From assembly GCA_030704615.1 (NCBI GenBank), contig CM060732.1, positions 32,302,001-32,366,000 of the forward strand: DNA of 64,000 nucleotides, written 5' to 3'. Numbering within the stretch: position 1 is the stretch's first letter; each line of letters begins with the position of its first letter. Under the pieces are notes generated by a model that did not search any database, was not told where the DNA came from, and saw only the letters and a program-made list of their open reading frames with translations. The translations under genes were made by a program, and so were the position numbers. Shown here one piece after another: positions 60,801 through 64,000 of this stretch. This stretch comes from Takakia lepidozioides (taxonomy: Eukaryota > Plantae > Bryophyta).

Positions 60801-63800
60801 AGATCATACCGGGTTGGTAGCTTTTTTAGGTATAAAGAGAAGTAGAAAAAATAACCACCCAGGGCTGTGAAGGTACAGTACTGCGGGAATTCCAAGACTA
60901 CTGTCAACAATGCAGGCTCCATGACTTGTTATAGGTATGTAGATCATCAAAAGCATTTTCTGGCAGTGTCCACCCCAAGGATTATCAATAGCATCTGCAC
61001 TAACTACTCGACATAGCAGCCAAGCCAATACCAATTGCGGCTGGCTTGCACAATGTGGTAGTCAAGATTCTTGAAATCATACTCCCATTGACATTGACGC
61101 ACCTGTTTATGGATTGCATTGGGGCAACCATTCCATGCAAATCAGGAAGGCAAGGCAAAGGTTCACAGGCAAGCCGCAGTCATAGATCATTGTTTTGGGG
61201 GAAGGGAATACGAGGGATAATGTTGATGCTGACGATGGGACCTAGAGTTATCCTCCCACCATACCTGGAAATGTGTGGGGCACAAAAGACTTCCGCAAAC
61301 ACCTTAGCTGTGGACTCTGAAATGGTCCCTGTAGGATCATGCCACCTCGGAAGCAGGGGCAAGGCAGGGTGATGTGCAACAGTGGGCCTTGCAGGTGTTG
61401 GCAAGTTGGTTTTTCCTCTAAATTTTAAGAAAATAATGATAATAATTTAACAAAATTGTCAACTAACTTGTTATAGTTTTGAATGGAAATTCAATAGGTA
61501 GATTGTTCAAACATGGATAAAAGTTCTTAGATTACATTTTTTTTTTGTCTGAAATAGGACAAATGAAATGTTTTCCTAGAGTGTGGATACAAAAATCTTA
61601 TATGCATCCAAAATCTTATTGTGTATATATACATTCACTGCCCTTGTAGAGTGTATATGGAATAGCACCCCTCTTGATATCGCCATTTTCAATTGAAATT
61701 GCATTTGAATGCCTCTTATCTCTTTTTAATATTCTCTTAAGAGGAAAAAACTGATCAAATGCTCTTGTGAGGTTCCATGGGCACTCCCAATCCCCACCCC
61801 CCAAGCAACCGCCCCAAGGAGGGAATCGCCCCTTAAAAATGGAAAAGGGTGCTTCTATGGAGACCTTTCCATTTAGCCCCCTAAAATCTGGCACCACTTA
61901 CCATGTGGCCCCAGACATAATAAACAATAAGTTTTAGATGAAGTTGTCAAAATACATTCCCTTTCCTAAAATCTAACTTTTTTTGGATGAAAATCAATAG
62001 TATTCTCTAAGGATGTGACCCCGCAATAGAAAAAGACAAGCATGTCCCTTAGGGCGCCCCAAAACTCGAAGGCCCTTTGTGAAGGGATGTCATTTTTTTC
62101 CCCTTAGCAAGGGTGGTTCCGTGGGGCGACCGTGACAGAATATTCTATCTAAGCCAGTAGCTGAGTCTCTTTAATCCTGGGGGTTAGGGACGCTTGGCTG
62201 CCCATGGAACCTGGCGCTTAGATCAACTCGTATTAAAATTTAGTATTCTTAGAGGAGAAATCAACTTTTATATTCACAGATGTATGTTGGATGTCATCCA
62301 GGTCCATGTTTGCTATGCCTGCCATAAGTTTAGCGTGAGAGAGGGGGATGGGTTTGGTTGATTTGCTCTTATAAGCTCTACATTTGGGCCGAGGGGTCAT
62401 GGGATGGAGGGACACAGGGAGGTGACTTGGCTGCAGAATGTGTGAGGTTGAGGTGGTACTCTTTGGAGAAGGAAGGTGAGGAGGTGATGCTATGTGGTCC
62501 AGTGGGTTGCTAATTTTTTGTGTTGGTCTATGGAGGGGAGGGTGCGGTATGTGGAGCAGGTCGGAGAGAGAAGGCAGTCGTGAAGGTGGCGGCGGAGGAG
62601 TCGCCATGTTAACTAAGTAACGTCTGCTTGAGGGGTGGATTAGTTTATACAGTAAAAAACATGTCTAAAACTAAAGAGTTCTTTTTTTAGCCTAGCTGAT
62701 AGTTAGAAACTATAAGGACACCCCTACAGTCGACAGGAACTGCCTTTCTGTCCTCACCCCGGAATCGTGGTGTATGGGTGAGTAGCTGATGATCTGTGGA
62801 GATATTGTGACGGGAAACATATCTTGTTGTGGAGCTGTGTTGGGAGTGACGGTCTATCTGAGTTTCTGTGCGGTAAGGTGTTGTTCTTGGGTTCATTTGG
62901 AGCGTTGGAGATGGAGACGACTTATGCAGCGACTGGCTGTCTTTGATCGTTCCCTCATCAACCGTGTGAAGGTTTTTGTGCACGATCTGATAGTTTTTGG
63001 CAGGGATCAGGCTGCCCAGAAGAGGTTGGAGGCACGTTTGGGCGCTCCATTCTACATGTCTGATATATACTTCACGTCAGACCAGGCTGATGATATTCTC
63101 GCCTTTGCTGGGAGAGATGGTGTCACTTTGAGGACAGTACTGACATGAAATCGGAAGTTTGTACGGGGCACAAATTGGCACCTATATTTCAGAAGCACTT
63201 CAGCCTTCCCAAGGACTTTCAATATCAAAAGGAACACAACAGTGTTTACAAGAGCTTTTGCAAGTCCCGGAAGAAGAAGAGGTGATTCATATTGTTCATC
63301 ACCTGGGGAGTCCAGCCAGGATCCATAATTGGGACTTGGGAGGCATCCCGCTTTCTTTGCCGCCATGATCTATGCTTGTCGGATGGAATAATGTATGAAA
63401 TTAATGCAAGCTGTGATCTATGACAAGATGGTAGACTAGAGTACCACATATTGAATCTTCCACACCCTCTCTTAGAGTAACCTGGAACTAAAGGGAGTAT
63501 AACTTCAATTCGGGTAACAATGGGAGGGAATGTAAAACTCCAGTCAGGTTACATGGAAGGGAATGTAAATCCACTGAGTGTAACTTGGTCTGGAAATTTG
63601 ACTAGTCCAATTTTAAAATGGACTAAAAGAAGTTATTTAACGTTCCTAGCTAAAAACAGGAGTCTGGACTCCCGCAGGATGGCAGGGTTACATGAGGGAC
63701 CAGTGTTTGTTGTACATCCAAATGGCAGCTGGCTAAAGTCTAAACCCCAACCATATGGCCAAAGATTGTCGTGTTGCAATGAATGAAAGCATCCTAAGCT

Positions 63801-64000
63801 CCTAACAACATCCTCACATTGGACAAACTCCTCATCATATAATAGAAAACATTGCTTCTTTACATACTCCGGTACACTTTCTAAAAGTCCGTTCTCATAT
63901 GGGCATATCAAACAAGGTAGTAGACCTGCTTGCTCAAGAACCAATTATGCAAGAATATGGCCATGTCAAAACAGACGGTGCCATAGATAAAACTTTGGAC

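Noticed and set aside
62101-62137. CCCTTAGCAAGGGT shared with repeat A and an LTR-like end (..CGTGACA)
   Set aside because: Only 14 bp of identity; no partner end or TSD identified, so no solo LTR is called.

Overview
Eukaryotic nuclear DNA with spliceosomal introns, most likely from a non-seed land plant (bryophyte/lycophyte-like; inferred from gene and transposon content only). Host genes: a degenerate AGO4-like Argonaute (minus strand, runs off the window start) with a hAT transposon in one intron, a plastid-type CBS-domain protein, eIF5 with a poor-context uORF, a Pho88/SND3-like membrane protein, tRNA-Val(TAC), a proline iminopeptidase and a three-finger RanBP2 zinc-finger protein. The centre (about 30.6-52.8 kb) is a nested transposon island. 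A 5'-truncated LINE is split by a Ty3/Gypsy element whose pol carries a DNMT3-like C5 cytosine methyltransferase and a C-terminal PHD finger, and whose ends form an unusual A...B-A-B split repeat. Its left repeat is interrupted by a CACTA-ended element (29-bp perfect TIRs, 3-bp TSD) carrying a SWIM-finger ORF and an intron-containing ParB-like + N4/N6 (amino) DNA methyltransferase gene. Two unrelated mobile elements therefore each carry a different class of DNA methyltransferase at one locus. All TE coding regions are disrupted in this copy. All family assignments come from motif recognition by eye; no database search was run.
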